Part shown: in pieces, positions 49,801-63,419 of the stretch | Layout of the letters: each line of letters begins with the position of its first letter | How positions within the stretch are numbered: position 1 is the first letter of the stretch | The notes under the pieces: model-generated | Databases searched by the model: none | Told to the model about the DNA's origin: nothing | Seen by the model: only the letters and a program-made list of their open reading frames with translations | DNA from: Fimbriosthenelais zetlandica | Taxonomy: Eukaryota | NCBI GenBank assembly: GCA_977030845.1 | Contig: OZ365114.1 | Location: 16,926,001-16,990,000, forward strand | Length of the DNA stretch: 64,000 nt | Reading direction: 5' to 3' | Position numbers and translations under genes: made by a program

Positions 49801-52800
49801 AGTCTTCACATATTTTCAATGTGGAGAAATATATAGCAGCTAACTCCTGCATGGGAGTCAGCTTGGCATCGTAGATCATTGTAGGGATGTCATACAGGTT
49901 GGCCACATGGTTGCTGACCTTCCTTGACCTTGGAACCCTTCCAGCCATATTCCCCACCAGTCTGCACCCCTATAGCTTGGGACCGTTCAACAATGAAAGC
50001 ATTGGAGGGACCGGGTTACGAGAAATTAACACACTACATTTTCTGAATTCTCATGAACCTCCATTATCACATGTCTGGAGCTGTGACTTGTCATGATTCC
50101 CAGACATTATAAAGGAATTGGGATATTAACTAGAAATGTACTGCCCAAATGAGGCTCTGGTGGGCTTTTAGCCATTAATAATGTCCGACCCTCTATAGCC
50201 CTCCAGCCACCCAGTGAAGTACCCTTGGCTAATATTCTGGGCGTGGTCGTGACGTTGGAGGTCAATAGGTAAAGATCCTAGAACTGCTCCAACTGTTCTG
50301 TCGAGTACTCCCATTCACCCTGACTTGTATCGTAAAGTGAGATTAAAATGACAAGGAGGGTGATAATGACTTCGTTAGGAGGCCTGGCAGATCTGTCGTA
50401 AAACCAGACAGAAGCCATCTCTGTTCTGTCAGATAGAGCTCCTCGAGGGGCCTATATTTTCACAGATATTGAGCGAATCTGAATTCAGTGCCAATATATT
50501 AAAGGCCTATAACAGGTTCATCCTTTATGTTTTCCGCATGCTGATTTGACATATATCAGCATATATGGCATTATGATTATAATATCACAATTCGAGTGCC
50601 CTGGTATGTGAAATTAAATTAAATTCTATCAAATCCTTTTAGCAGACGTACCTAGTTGTGTTCATGTATGTCAGGAAGAAGTAGGCCTATATATTTAGAT
50701 ATCTATTTAAGTATGCGAGTCAAATGATTATACAATTAATTTACAAGATTTAAATAGTAACTTACCAGTCAATAGATTTCTTTGATTGCTTCAGACAGTT
50801 AATATACAGTTTGAGGAATGAGTTGGAAGAATCGTTTGGGAAACACGAATCCTGGTAAATGGCAAGTTCTGAAAATATAGAGTAAAAACAAGATTTATTA
50901 TTGTATCGAATCATGAAAGTTCATAGTACTCTGCAGAAACCAGACATTGTTTTTTGTCTGCAGTAAATGTAGAGGCCAGGAGACGGATGTGTGCGAACTG
51001 ATTTCCTTGTATTCTGGAGGTATTTTGATAAAGGTGTAAGCTCGCGGTGAAAATTCTAAGAATCGTGACATGTACTGCAGCTGTATTCCCTAACTGGGTT
51101 CCCTAAACATTCTGAGATAACAGCCATGGATATATACGGTACCTGCTCAGGTAACTTATCCAAGGATCTGTTGAATTCTTCCTATTAAGGTACTATTTTT
51201 AGATAAATTAAACATTCTGAAAGATGCTGCTAGCTGGTAGAAAAAACATTAAAATGAACGTACAAGTTGAAGTAGCAGTTTTTGCAGGGGACGGAGCAAG
51301 ATGAATCGGGAGTAGAGAGGAGGTTTAGAGAAGGAGGAGTAATGTTAGGGACAGATGATGAACACCAGACGTGTCTGAGATTGGATCCATGTCTAAACCC
51401 TAAGTTACATAAGTGGTCACGGTGGCATCTTCTTAGCGCTGCAGGTTCATGCCTTGTTTCTAATGTAAACCAACCTTGTTCCACCTCTCCTTGAGGATGG
51501 GAGAGATAGGCTGCCCTGGAATGTCAGGATCAAAATAGGTCTCAGATAAGTTTATACTTGGGACTGGTACAATTCTCTTGTTTCTTGTAAACCCTTTTTT
51601 CAGCTTCCTTATACTATACATGTACATTTTTAGTTCAATGCCCGTGTAAATTAATGTAACAAATTTCCTTATGGCTTGAACAGACCAGAGCGTTTTTGTG
51701 GTCGCGCTCTTGGCACAGGCGAATTTTTATAACAGACCCACCTTAGTCGAGAGAGTGCACGCCCAAATCAAACCAATGCATAGCCTCTTCGACTGAATTA
51801 GAAAATTATACCAGTGCACTCAATTGCTGGCATTTTTTTCTGAAGTCGGATGACAAGGAAAACGCAACTTCGCAAGCAACCAGAGGCGTTTACAGTTTGT
51901 TCCAGGCATTAAAATATTCTACTTGGACACCTGTTTAGCTATAACATCTGTTCACGGAAAGATTCATAGACCCACAAGGGCAGATAATGTCACATTCAGC
52001 TTCAGTGGATAGCTTGGCATGTCCAGTCTTGACCAGAGGTAAAACATGGTGGGAACTGCTCGTTTCATGAAACATTGAGCATGTTATTACTGGAAAAATG
52101 ACCTCCTCGCCTTGACCCTGCTCAAAGGGTGCTGTGAGAAAGCGCCCGGGGCAGGGGGGCGACAGCACATACCAAAGCCAATATACCACACTGAGCCTAA
52201 TGAAAGGGACACAACCACATGTGGTCACTACAAATATGGGTCAATTCATGGTGTGAACAAGATGAAGAGACAACTTGAAAATGACCTCGCTCTTTGTGCA
52301 GGGTCATTCAAAATATTAAAATATTTTTTTCAGTATAATTGAAACACCACTGGATACGACACTGATATGGTTGCCGGAAGCCTCTTCCTGAAAATTGGTC
52401 ATTTTCTGGTGATAAAATGTATAATTTCACTCGATTTTTGTGATCATGTTAGAATATGTTGGACTAAATGGATTTTCTCATTCTAGGGCCTGTCAGGCGA
52501 GTCTGGGTCTCGTGGTCCCCAAGGATTCCAAGGATGTAACGGAACAAAGGTACACCAAATTACTTTAAGTCGAATTTAGCTCCGTTATTAAATTGCGATA
52601 GTCAATGAAAATATTAAATCAATAAGATTGTGGCAAATACAATTGCCCTTCATATACGAGTGGTTAAAAAAGAAATACCAGACAATGCCATTGCAGTATT
52701 AAGCCCCATTGATGGATAGTGTCCATTGTTTCTTAACATAATCTTAATGGCTATATGATGACAGGTCCTACCCTGTCATCTTCTTTATTCACAACATGTG

Positions 52801-55800
52801 GTGAGGGCCTTTCTTTTATAAAAATTAATAAAGAAAACAATAGGTTGCAATGTATTCCTAACATATCGCTATCCTTTGATCCATCAAAAATTAGAAGATC
52901 CTTAAACCTCTTAAGCTAAAGTTGAAGCATCTTAGCAATGTCTTTCACTTTCATGTGGACGTGACAGTGCCGAATGGATTTAGCTTGACAATAATTTTTG
53001 ATATCCCATTATATGTACTTCTTTTTAAGAGGTCTACCATGAACCATCAGAACTCTCTACCATCACAGAGACAGATATTGTAAAGTCATGAATTTGTTTC
53101 TCTGATTTTCTGCCCCTGTAGGGATTATCTGGACTGCGTGGTTTGCCTGGTTTACCAGGTCATCGTGGACGTGATGGAGGACTCGGTTATAATGGCGTTA
53201 AGGTCGGTCTCGAATTATTTTATTTTTCAGTTGATATTTAATGTACCATTTGTAAACACCTATTATTTATTCCCTGAGTAATACATTACTGGCCTCAGTA
53301 GTTATACATCACTGGCATTATCTAAACTTTTCTAACCTTCCAACAGGGAGAACCAGGAGATTATGGTTCCACTACTGTTGGCCTCAGAGGAGAATCTGGA
53401 GACTATGGCCAAGCAGGAAACCCGGTAAGATATGAACTAACTTTACCATTTTGTACAATATTACCAGGTACTAAATTTGTCGTACTATCATTGTCTGTTC
53501 GAGCATATAGCAGTAATGCATAGTATCCCTCCTATTGTTGATAATATATCGTTTATATAAAATTATCTTTATGTTTAGGGAGCTGCTGGATACCCAGGAT
53601 TTTCTGGGGAGAAGGGCCCCCAGGGAGAACCGGGACCACAAGGGTGGTTTGGAACACGAGGTCCTCAGGGACCTAAAGGCGCCATGGGCCCTGATGCTTA
53701 TGGTCCAAAGGGCAGGAAGGTGAGTAGATTTCTTTTAAAGTATATATCACTTCACGAAGGATAGATTTTGTGTATTCAGATTAAGTTCATAGAAATGAAT
53801 ATAAATGGGTGAATATAATACAAGTCACCCAGCATATTATATTGCGGAAAGTTTATATAATGTTAAGCCTAATGAATGTAGTGAATAATTTCTTTTTTAT
53901 ACATTAGAGCTGTTCTTTTCTAATGGTAGTTCCAAGCAATAACCATGATTTTCTTTCAGAAAGATACTCTGTGATTATAATTTGGCTTGCTTCTAACTTT
54001 CTAGCAATTTTTAAATTGCTTCGAAGATCATTTGTCTGTTAAAATCCATGCAGCTTATACAACTTAATAGCCTAATGCCTTACACCATAAATCCCCATTG
54101 ATATTACATTACCAAAGGCATGGATGGGGAGAAGTAGAAGTATTTGTAAGGGGATATTGAATAATTCTTAGGTTCATGTTACTTTGGTAGCCCCGTCTTC
54201 TATCTGCCTGCAGCAGATCAAAAGATATAAATTTTATTTTACTTGAATCAAGCGATAAGTAGAATTGCTCATGCTTTCTTGCATGCTTTACCAAAGGCAT
54301 ATATATCGTTTTTCCACATGGTAATAGTGGATACGAGTAGGCAAAATAGGCAAGCCTACTTAACTATATTTTTCGCTTTTCTTTAACCCACAAATTGAAA
54401 TCATTATTGACCATTTTGTCAATTAGGCCTAATGATGGAGACCTTTCTCTCAGACCAACCAAAAAGTTCAGATAAGGGCATACCGTGTGAACATTTTCGT
54501 ACAATAATATTATACCTCATTTTTAAATACTACTTTGTATACCAGGTACCTTGTAAATAAGATGATGACGACACAGTATGGCCCTTTTGTTGTAATTGAT
54601 TAAAATTTTAACTGGTGGACAAATGTACTGGTAAAAGCTACCACCAAGAATCAAATGATTGATGAAAGCACTCTGTTTATACTAGGGTGAGACAGGTTTA
54701 CCAGGATCTCCTGGTCTGCCTGGGTCTTCGGAAGTGACCACCCTCCCAACCCAGGAGATCAAGGAGGGCAGGAAGGGCATGGGTGGCGGCAAGGGTATTC
54801 CTGGCGACCCTGGAAGAATGGGACTACATGGATACGACGGTGAAGACGTAAGTCAGTTGTTAATATACTGTTAGTGATTAATTGAAAAGTAAAGTCAATT
54901 TTAATCGTGGTCAATTGTTTGAGAGACTAAGTCAAGATTTCAATTGTTTTACAGGGACCAACAGGCCCAAAGGGTCCAAATGGCATGCCCGGTCAGCAAG
55001 GTCCGGAGGGACGGAGGGTGAGTCATTCCTATATCATAGTGATTACCTTATAGTAAAAATTCTAGTATATTCACTAAACTCTGGAACCAAATTTTAAACG
55101 ACATATTATAATTTTACACACAGGGTAAACGTGGTAAGGATGGTCCTCCGGGCCCCTACGGACCTAAGGGCATACGTGGTGACGATGGGAGTGATGGACT
55201 GCCAGGGTTGAACGGACTGCATGGCCAAAAGGGAGAGGGCGGATATGACGGCGCCCGTGGCCCACCAGGACCGCCCGGACCCGGCAGCCCTGTGCAACCC
55301 CCACGGTTTGGACCCAAGGGTGATAAAGGAGAACCAGGAGATTCTGGAGGAATTGGTGAGAATTTTAGGCATTATCAAAGGTTATATTTGCGGGGAGTGA
55401 ATAGGTCATCTAAAAGAACTATGTTCTTTAGAACTTTCAATTAATTTCATTTCTGTTGTTTGCAGGTCGTGACGGAGATCCTGGTGTAGATGGTTACCCC
55501 GGAGGGCCTGGAGTGCCTGGCCCAGATGGGCCTCCAGGTCAGCCTGGACCGTGGGGCATGTCATTTAAGGGAGATCCAGGAGAGAACGGTAAGCATGAAT
55601 AACCGGGCATGACTAGCACTCAAAGTAGACGTGCACGCCATATTTTAAACTCTATACTGTGGGTCTTGCATTTTGCTTTATTCAAAAATAACCTTAAGGT
55701 TATTTGGACTATACATTTGCAAGTATTTTTACGCATGAAATTTAGTCTGAATAGTGCTTTTGATGGCTGTTTCTCTGATCTTCTCTCTCTTCTCTGAGCT

Positions 55801-58800
55801 ATACTGCTGACCAGACATGCAGCGAATGGGACAACTGCATATATCAAGAATTGACCATATTCATCCTATATGGAATCGGTCTTCAGATATGAGTGGCACA
55901 ACCAGCACTTTCTGTCAGATAGATTCTACTGAATAATTGTCAAAATATAGAACTTTAGTTGGGAAATGGAAATGAAACTTTCCTCTTCATAAGCTATCAT
56001 CACTACCTGCATGAGTTTTTGATACCTGTGAAAGAATGTAATGAAATAAAATTCAACGTTGTGGTCTACTCGCAATGCAGATTTTCTTTGTGCTTTATAC
56101 AGGTTTGCCTGGTCTCCCGGGAACACCAGGAAATCAGGGCCCACACGGGCTTCAGGGAATGGGAGGAGGTGGTGGTGAACCAGGCATCACTGTGTATGGT
56201 CCTCCAGGACCTACAGGTCACCCGGGAAGGGACGGTGTGCCTGGTCTAAACGGGGAGAGAGGACAGAATGGAGACATCGGCAACCCAGGTCCACCAGGCC
56301 GCTGGCAGGCCAGCAAGGGTGATCGTGGTGAGCATGGCATGGAGGGTATGCCAGGTGTACCTGGTAAATCAGGCTTAGACGGACTCCCTGGCCTCAATGG
56401 ACGTAAAGGTATGCTTAAAGATGTATTATCTGCCTTGTCTATAATCACTCTCAACTCTAGTCACCTATACGATTAAAATACTATCAGATATACATTTTAG
56501 TCTTACTCACTCTGCTGTAGTGCATCCAGTAAAGCCATTCTGCATTTTCAGGTGAAAAGGGCGAGGATTGTGGTTATTGTCCTCCTGCCAGGGATGGACT
56601 TAAGGGCGACGCAGGTGACAGTGGTCTTCCAGGCTACCCTGGACCTGAAGGCCTACCAGGTGTCCCAGGTCTCCCTGGTCCAAAGGGTCGTCCTGGCCTC
56701 ACTGGATTGGATGGACTTCCAGGAGCACCTGTAAGATACATTTCATCATAAGAATAAATACATTATAAGAGCACATCTGAATATGTATAATAGGAAAAAT
56801 AATTTTACTAACAGATTAAGACATTTATAAATCTATCTTCACTTTTCAGGGTAACCCTGGCCGTGATGGCCTACCAGGTTTACCAGGACAGAAAGGTAGC
56901 CCAGGCGAAGAGATCATCCCACCTTCTGTTCGTGGACCAAAGGGAGAAAGGGGTCAACCTGGGTTACCGGGTGCTCAAGGAATTGCGGGTCCCAGAGGTG
57001 CCCCAGGACCTCGTGGGCCCTCAGGTCCATATGGTCCTGGAGGTGAAAAGGTGCGTATATTTCAAACTGTGAAATAAATTCACAAGTCTGCCGATTTATT
57101 TTATGGTTTTGATTATAATCATAATATTCTTAGGTTCTATAATTATTCAACACATGATTTTTATAATAAATATTGACATAAATGTGTAACCTTTCAAGGG
57201 TGACATTGGTAGACCTGGTATTGATGGTTTGGATGGCCTTGGAGGTTCCCCGGGTATCCCAGGTCGGAAAGGTGAGCCTGGAGATAGCAGTCCAGGTTTT
57301 AAGGGTGCTAGTGGAGAGCCTGGTTTACCTGGTCTCATTGGTCTTGACGGAGAACCTGGCATAACTGGTAAGTCGTGACTAATATCCTTACATTCCTACA
57401 AGGCATTTTATACAAAAACTACCAAAAAGGCTACCCTTGGAATTACAAACGCTTTCACATGTTACTTATATTCTCAAGCAATGCTCAGTAAAATGAAGTG
57501 TTCCCTGTGACTCCCACTTCTAGGTCAGAAAGGTGATCCTTTCGAAGGCTTTAATATGGAACGGTACCGTGGAGGCAAGGGTGTCCCCGGACGCCGAGGA
57601 GACATTGGCATTCCTGGCTTTCCAGGAGTCCCTGGTAAGTTTGACGCCTAATTAATTTTGCTAATAATTATATTCATATAATTGGGAGTGGCTAGAAATA
57701 TGCTCTTGTCTCATTGTTCAGGTGATCTGGGACAGCCTGGTCTGCCAGGACTGGAAGGTTTACCTGGACTGTCTGGAGCTCGTGGAGAGCAAGGTATCTC
57801 ACGACCGGGTAACAGAGGACCTCCTGGAGCTAAAGGTTACCCAGGTCAGACTGGTGACAGGGGTCTCCCAGGACTTGATGGCCTCAGAGGGAGTGATGGT
57901 AAACCTGGTGTGGATGGCCTATCTGGCCGAAAGGTAACCGACTTAATTTATATCAATCATTTTTTCTCAAAACATTTTAAGGATTGTCGCGATCACGAAG
58001 GTCTACATTGTAATTCCAAAGGTCTGAATGGTGTGCATATTATTTTTATATCGCTTCTATTAAAAGAATTCTGAAGCCCAGGTTCAATTATAATTGTTTT
58101 TTTGAACGTACTAGGGTGAACGTGGGTCAGCCTGTGACACTTGCCTAAGGCAAGGACCTAAAGGTGATATTGGACCAATTGGAGATAATGGATTACCAGG
58201 AAACCCAGGACTCCAAGGTTCAAGAGGAGCTCCAGGACAAGACGGCTACCCAGGTTAGTGTCCAGTATAATTATTGGAAGACCAAGAGCTTTAGATTTTG
58301 AAATTTCATTCCAGGATTTCATAACAATAACCCAGTACGTCATTCAGTATGGTTAAAAAGGTATTCGGGACCCAAAATAATTCACTTATCTTGCTTGTTT
58401 TCATAATTGCAGGTGATGCTGGACTTGATGGACAATTTGGAAGGAAAGGACAGAGGGGAGAACCAGGTGTCGCTGGACTGCGTTATAAAGGAGAGGCTGG
58501 TGAACCAGGATTTAATGGTCTCCCAGGTAAGTCAAATTGTGTGAACTGTATACAGACTACATGTGAGCATAATCAACTCTACAAATAAGAATTTGATTTA
58601 ATCAGTAAAGGTGCATGAGAATAGGAAATAATGTTTGATCCCTAAGGCTTTAGTTACAGTTGACCAGTATGTACCAATTATTTATAATTACCTACTGACC
58701 ATAATATATAATTGTATAATTACAGGTAACCCAGGAAGAAAGGGACAACCGGGAGATCGGGGACTCTCAGGGCGGCCTGGTAATTCTGGGAATAAGGGTT

Positions 58801-61800
58801 ACCCTGGACTCCCTGGAAGAGATGGTCTCCCGGGCTCAGCCGGCCGGCGAGGTGAACCAGGGCAGGCAGGATTACCTGGACTCAGTGGCCTTCCAGGTAA
58901 AGACAATTTCATAAAGCTTTTCAAGAACTGATTTCCTTCCGAGAAAACCAGTCAATATATATATATTCTACCATTACATATTATTCTGGTTTTTAGGTCT
59001 GAAAGGTCGGCCTGGTGAATCTGGACCAGGAGGAAAAGGAGGTCGACCTGGTACTCCCGGCGGTGATGGTTTCCCTGGACAAAAAGGTTGGTCTCAGATC
59101 TATGGAAAAGTAATGCGATAAAGTATCGAACATTCACTGTTCAAAGAGTTACCTCCTGTAACTGGTGCTGATGCATGCATTATGTACCTTCAGGATTGCC
59201 AGGAGATGCTGGACGTCTGGGTCTGCCTGGCTTCCCAGGTAGACAGGGACGTAGAGGAGACAGAGGAAAAGATGGACTTCCTGGTTTAGACGGACCACGT
59301 GGAGATGATGCAGCTCGTGGATTCCCAGGTCTCCCTGGTGATCGTGGATTCCCAGGTGTGTATCTAGAGTATTCTACCCTCTAGCAAGTATATCAGGTTC
59401 TCTTTGAGTATAACAGTTTAGTTACATATACCTTAAAATCTTTCGTCTAGGTTTGGATGGACTTCCTGGTGCTCCTGGACAAAATGGTTACCCTGGACTG
59501 AAGGGTCAGAGGGGAAAGCCTGGAATTGGAGTTCCTGGACTCCAAGGTATGTTTGGACTATGAATCCTAACGGTTTGTGTGTTCTAATATGGGTTATGTT
59601 GCCACGATACAATAATATTACAAAGATCCTCATTGCAAGCGATGAATTTATTGAGAATTCTCAATGTTACAGGTTCCAAAGGCTTCCCAGGGCGCCCTGG
59701 AGTACCTGGTCGACGTGGACTTGATGGTCAGAAAGGAATGTCTGGAATGATGGGTCTGCCTGGTAAGAATAGATTTTGTATAATAATTTGAAATCGGTTT
59801 TTATAACATACGACTGTAGAGCAATAAACAATGTCTGTTATTTTCAGGTCTCGGAGGACTGAAGGGAGGGAATGGTCTCCCTGGACGTCCTGGAAATGAT
59901 GGACTGGGTGCTCGGCCAGGCCAGAAAGGAGATCAGGGAGGCCCAGGTCTCCCAGGTCTCAGAGGACTTCCTGGTGCTGCTGTAAGTTTCACATTGTCTG
60001 AGCATGCCTGCATGAAATCTTCACAATTAATTATTTCAAACTGAAGTTCACTTTGAGAGTAATTTTGGAACAAAGTCTCAAATATAACTCCACATTTTAA
60101 TGCAGGGAGACCCAGGTTTTAGAGGAAATCCCGGTGGACCTGGTATCAGGGGGATGGATGGTGCCAACGGCATAGATGGGTTACCTGGGTTACCCGGACA
60201 GAAGGGAACTCCCGGTCAGCCTGGTTTAGAGGGTCTGGATGGACTGCCTGGACTGGATGGTGACTCTGGACTCCCTGGGCTGGACGGATACCCAGGTAAC
60301 CTTGGAGAACCTGGATCACCTGGTGGTCCAGGCGTAGATGGCAATACAGGACCAGATGGCTTGCCTGGAACTCCTGGCCCTGACGGCAGGAATGGCTTGC
60401 CTGGACTTAAAGGTAATTATCCACCTACAAAAGTCTTTTCACAACTTTGTCCATGACCAAATGAAATTTGATCAGCCCAATCAATTCATGACTACTCGGA
60501 TAGGCTAATCTTTTTGCCTTCTATTTCGCCACTTATGATTGAAACACGTTACATTTTTCTGCATTGATAGGACAACTCGGTGACCCTGGACCAGATGGGC
60601 GTCCTGGAAGTCCTGGTGACAAAAGTATGACCGGGTTTTCTTTGTTTGCAGTGCCCTACTTATAAATTGACAGTACACGTTCCATTTGACCTTTTTGTTA
60701 TGAAATTGTAAGTATCAAACTCATCTTTCTATTATTTTCTTTCCAGACATACCTGGCTTGAAAGGCTGGCCTGGCCGTCCAGGTCGTGGCGGCGCACCCG
60801 GTGGGAAGGGTGATAGGGGTGACCCCGGTGTGCCTGGTTTGCCTGGTCTACAAGGTCCGGAGGGTGAACCTGCACCTGGATTTAGGGGCCGAAAGGGAGA
60901 TGGAGGCTCACCAGGAGTTGATGGTCTGCCAGGTAAAATACCTTTGATCCAAGTAAAATGAAAGATAATTCTGGCAAACTGAGCTCATATCTCTCATAAC
61001 ACATGATGTCTCCTTACATTTCAAGTAACTTAAATTTGAAGTAAGACTTGAATCATATATGTGATTATAATGATGGCGTTTTGGGTTTTTCACAGGCCTG
61101 GAAGGTCGGCCAGGTGAGGCTGGTCTCCCCGGGTTCCCTGGACCTCAGGGCATCAAGGGTGATGTGGGACAACGTGGTCAACCCGGAAACCCAGGAGCAA
61201 GGGGAGATGGTGGCACTGATGGGGAAAACGTAAGCCTCCTGATTTTCCCCCCTTTTGAGTTGAAAACATTCTAATATTTTAACTTTGGTTATCTCGGTAC
61301 AAGGTACATTTATTGTATTATAATTTATATTATAATCATCACTAGGGGCCTCGTGGTCTACCTGGTGATAACGGATTACCTGGTTACCCTGCTATTGATG
61401 GAAGGAAGGGAGAAAGAGGAACACCAGGTCTCCCAGGTCTCCGTGGACTTGATGGCCAGCCAGGCATCAGAGGTATGTTCCGTATTCAATCATTGGAATT
61501 GTGATACCGTAATCTGATAATCAAGCGGATGTGCAACACATGTCAACTGGTGACAGGCAGGGCCTTATGTGCATAATTCACTCAAAACCACCCACAACCA
61601 TCGAAGTTTGAATGAGTCTGGCTCAGTAATATGCATTTGATTTAAGGTGCACCGGGACCAAAGGGAGATGTTGGCTTTGCTCAGAGGCCACGCAACGTCC
61701 CACCTGGAGAACATGGCCAACCAGGAATCGATGGTCTTGATGGTCTCGAGGGACGTCCAGGAGCTCAAGGCCAATCAGGTTAGTCAATCATATCCAATGC

Positions 61801-63419
61801 ATGGTTGTTATCCTATAGGTGCAGCATTCAGAGACATTTACTCACTGTTATCACCATCTTTTAGGTCGTGATGGATTGCCTGGGGAATCTGGTAATAAAG
61901 GGCCCGACGGTCTGCCAGGTCGACCTGGATCTCGTGGTCGTCCAGGACTCCCAGGTTCTGGTGGATTCCCTGGTGCTGAAGGTCGTGCCGGAGCACCAGG
62001 ACCTCCTGGTCCTTCTGGTTCTGATGGCTTACCGGGTGACCAGGCTGCTACTGCAGGGTTCTACTTCACAAGGTCAGTCTACAATGAGCTTCGAAGTTTC
62101 TCTAAGTTTCGGGACATTTTAAGATACTACAAGGGACACAAGCCGTGTGGTATATGTAATCAAAGTGCATGAAGTAACGTTTGTTGATGTATTCCGAGTT
62201 AAAGATGTTATTTTATCTTGGATGTACAGCTGCTGCTTATTGCCATCCATGTATTATTTCCTCACAGACACAGCCAGAACACTCACACTCCACAATGTCC
62301 GCCAGAAACCACTAAGATGTGGGATGGGTACTCTCTATTGTTTGTCCAGGGTAATGAGAGAGCTCACGGACAGGATTTGGGTATGATTTATATTATATCT
62401 TTCCTGTCAAATTAAAAAATTACACTCCTACCAATGCAGGAAGGTTACAGACAGTAGAGTTCCTCCATATGGTTCACATCAATAGGTCCTAGATTATTGA
62501 TACCAGGTCATGATATTGAAACCTTTTCTCCATTTCTCCCACACACATAGGTTCTGCTGGCTCCTGTATGCCACGTTTCAGCACAATGCCTTTCATGTTC
62601 TGTAATTTGAACAACCGTTGTACAGTGGCCTCAAGGAGTGACTACAGTTACTGGCTGTCCACACCACAGCCTATGACACCCATGATGAACCCTGTCACCG
62701 GCCCAGCCATTAGACCGTACATTTCACGCTGCTCTGTCTGTGAGGCACCATCTCATGTAAGTGATAAATCTTTCCCAGAAACACCATAGATTTTCATTAA
62801 ATGCCGTTTGTAAGTACATCAAGAACCACTGGAAATATTGGAGATAACTCCAGGTAAAGGTTTGAAATGCAGCTATAGAATATTCTTCTTTTATAGCATA
62901 ATTTAATTTCATTTACAGGTTATGGCAGTCCATAGCCAAAGTGTACAGGTTCCAGATTGCCCCCAAGGATGGAAGGGACTATGGATAGGCTACAGCTTTG
63001 CCCTGGTGAGTAGTATTCTTTTGTTGGGTACAGATTAAAAGCGATATCCAATCAGATTGCCCATTACACCTATTTTTTGGCAGAAAATGACCACCTCCTA
63101 TTATTTTCTTCTCCAGCACACGGGAGCAGGAGCAGATGGTACAGGCCAGTCTCTACAGTCGCCTGGCTCCTGCCTGCAGGACTTCAGGTCCTCACCCTTC
63201 GTGGAATGCCATGGCACTGGCAACTGTAACTACTATGCCACAACACTCAGTTTCTGGCTCGCCACAATAGAAAGATATGAGCAATTCTCCAAACCCCTAC
63301 CACAAACACTAAAAGCAGGCAACCTTATCCCTCATATTTCCCGATGCCAAGTCTGCATGCGTTCATCTAATAACACAAATGTTTTCCGTTCCAATTACCG
63401 CCGTTTCAATGGCTCATGA
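43751..63419 (+). CDS. COL4A1: Collagen type IV alpha1-like chain, complete, 37 coding exons, about 1768 aa
   Basis: join(43751..43837,46581..46646,47359..47493,47591..47635,52487..52549,53122..53202,53347..53424,53579..53719,54686..54847,54955..55017,55124..55355,55466..55588,56103..56408,56552..56730,56850..57050,57199..57367,57524..57634,57722..57933,58115..58253,58413..58526,58726..58896,58997..59086,59194..59355,59451..59546,59673..59762,59848..59981,60106..60412,60571..60624,60747..60932,61096..61229,61346..61472,61647..61778,61865..62072,62268..62380,62551..62756,62919..63005,63117..63419). All introns are GT-AG and phases are compatible; the sum is 5307 nt including TGA. Signal peptide, 7S Cys, GCNGTK, interrupted Gly-X-Y and NC1 are present. 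NC1 motifs [22 protein letters not shown] and TLKAG resemble human alpha1 and C. elegans emb-9 (from memory). Confidence 0.93.
44030..44490. promoter_or_regulatory. GC-rich patch in alpha1 intron 1 with CRE and GC box
   Basis: CpG-rich 44030-44190; TGACGTCA at 44177-44184; GGGCGGGGC at 44482; CTCF-like AAACAGGGGGCGCCA at 44073. Confidence 0.4.
46581..46646 (+). CDS. COL4A1: alpha1(IV) 7S cysteine exon [22 protein letters not shown]
   Basis: Flanked by ttttatttttcag| and |gtaagt; 66 nt; four Cys in the CxxC..CxC pattern typical of the collagen IV N-terminus. Confidence 0.92.
62044..63419 (+). CDS. COL4A1: alpha1(IV) NC1 domain (end of exon 33 through exon 37)
   Basis: [97 protein letters not shown]. 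All 12 NC1 cysteines are present. Equivalents of Met93 and Lys211 (sulfilimine crosslink) are retained. Confidence 0.97.

Noticed and set aside
47478-61210. Multiple RGD tripeptides in alpha1
   Set aside because: R-G-D arises often in Gly-X-Y sequence and is generally cryptic in the native helix.
57147-61871. Alternative-frame or antisense ORFs over the alpha1 exons
   Set aside because: They are by-products of Gly-X-Y codon periodicity.
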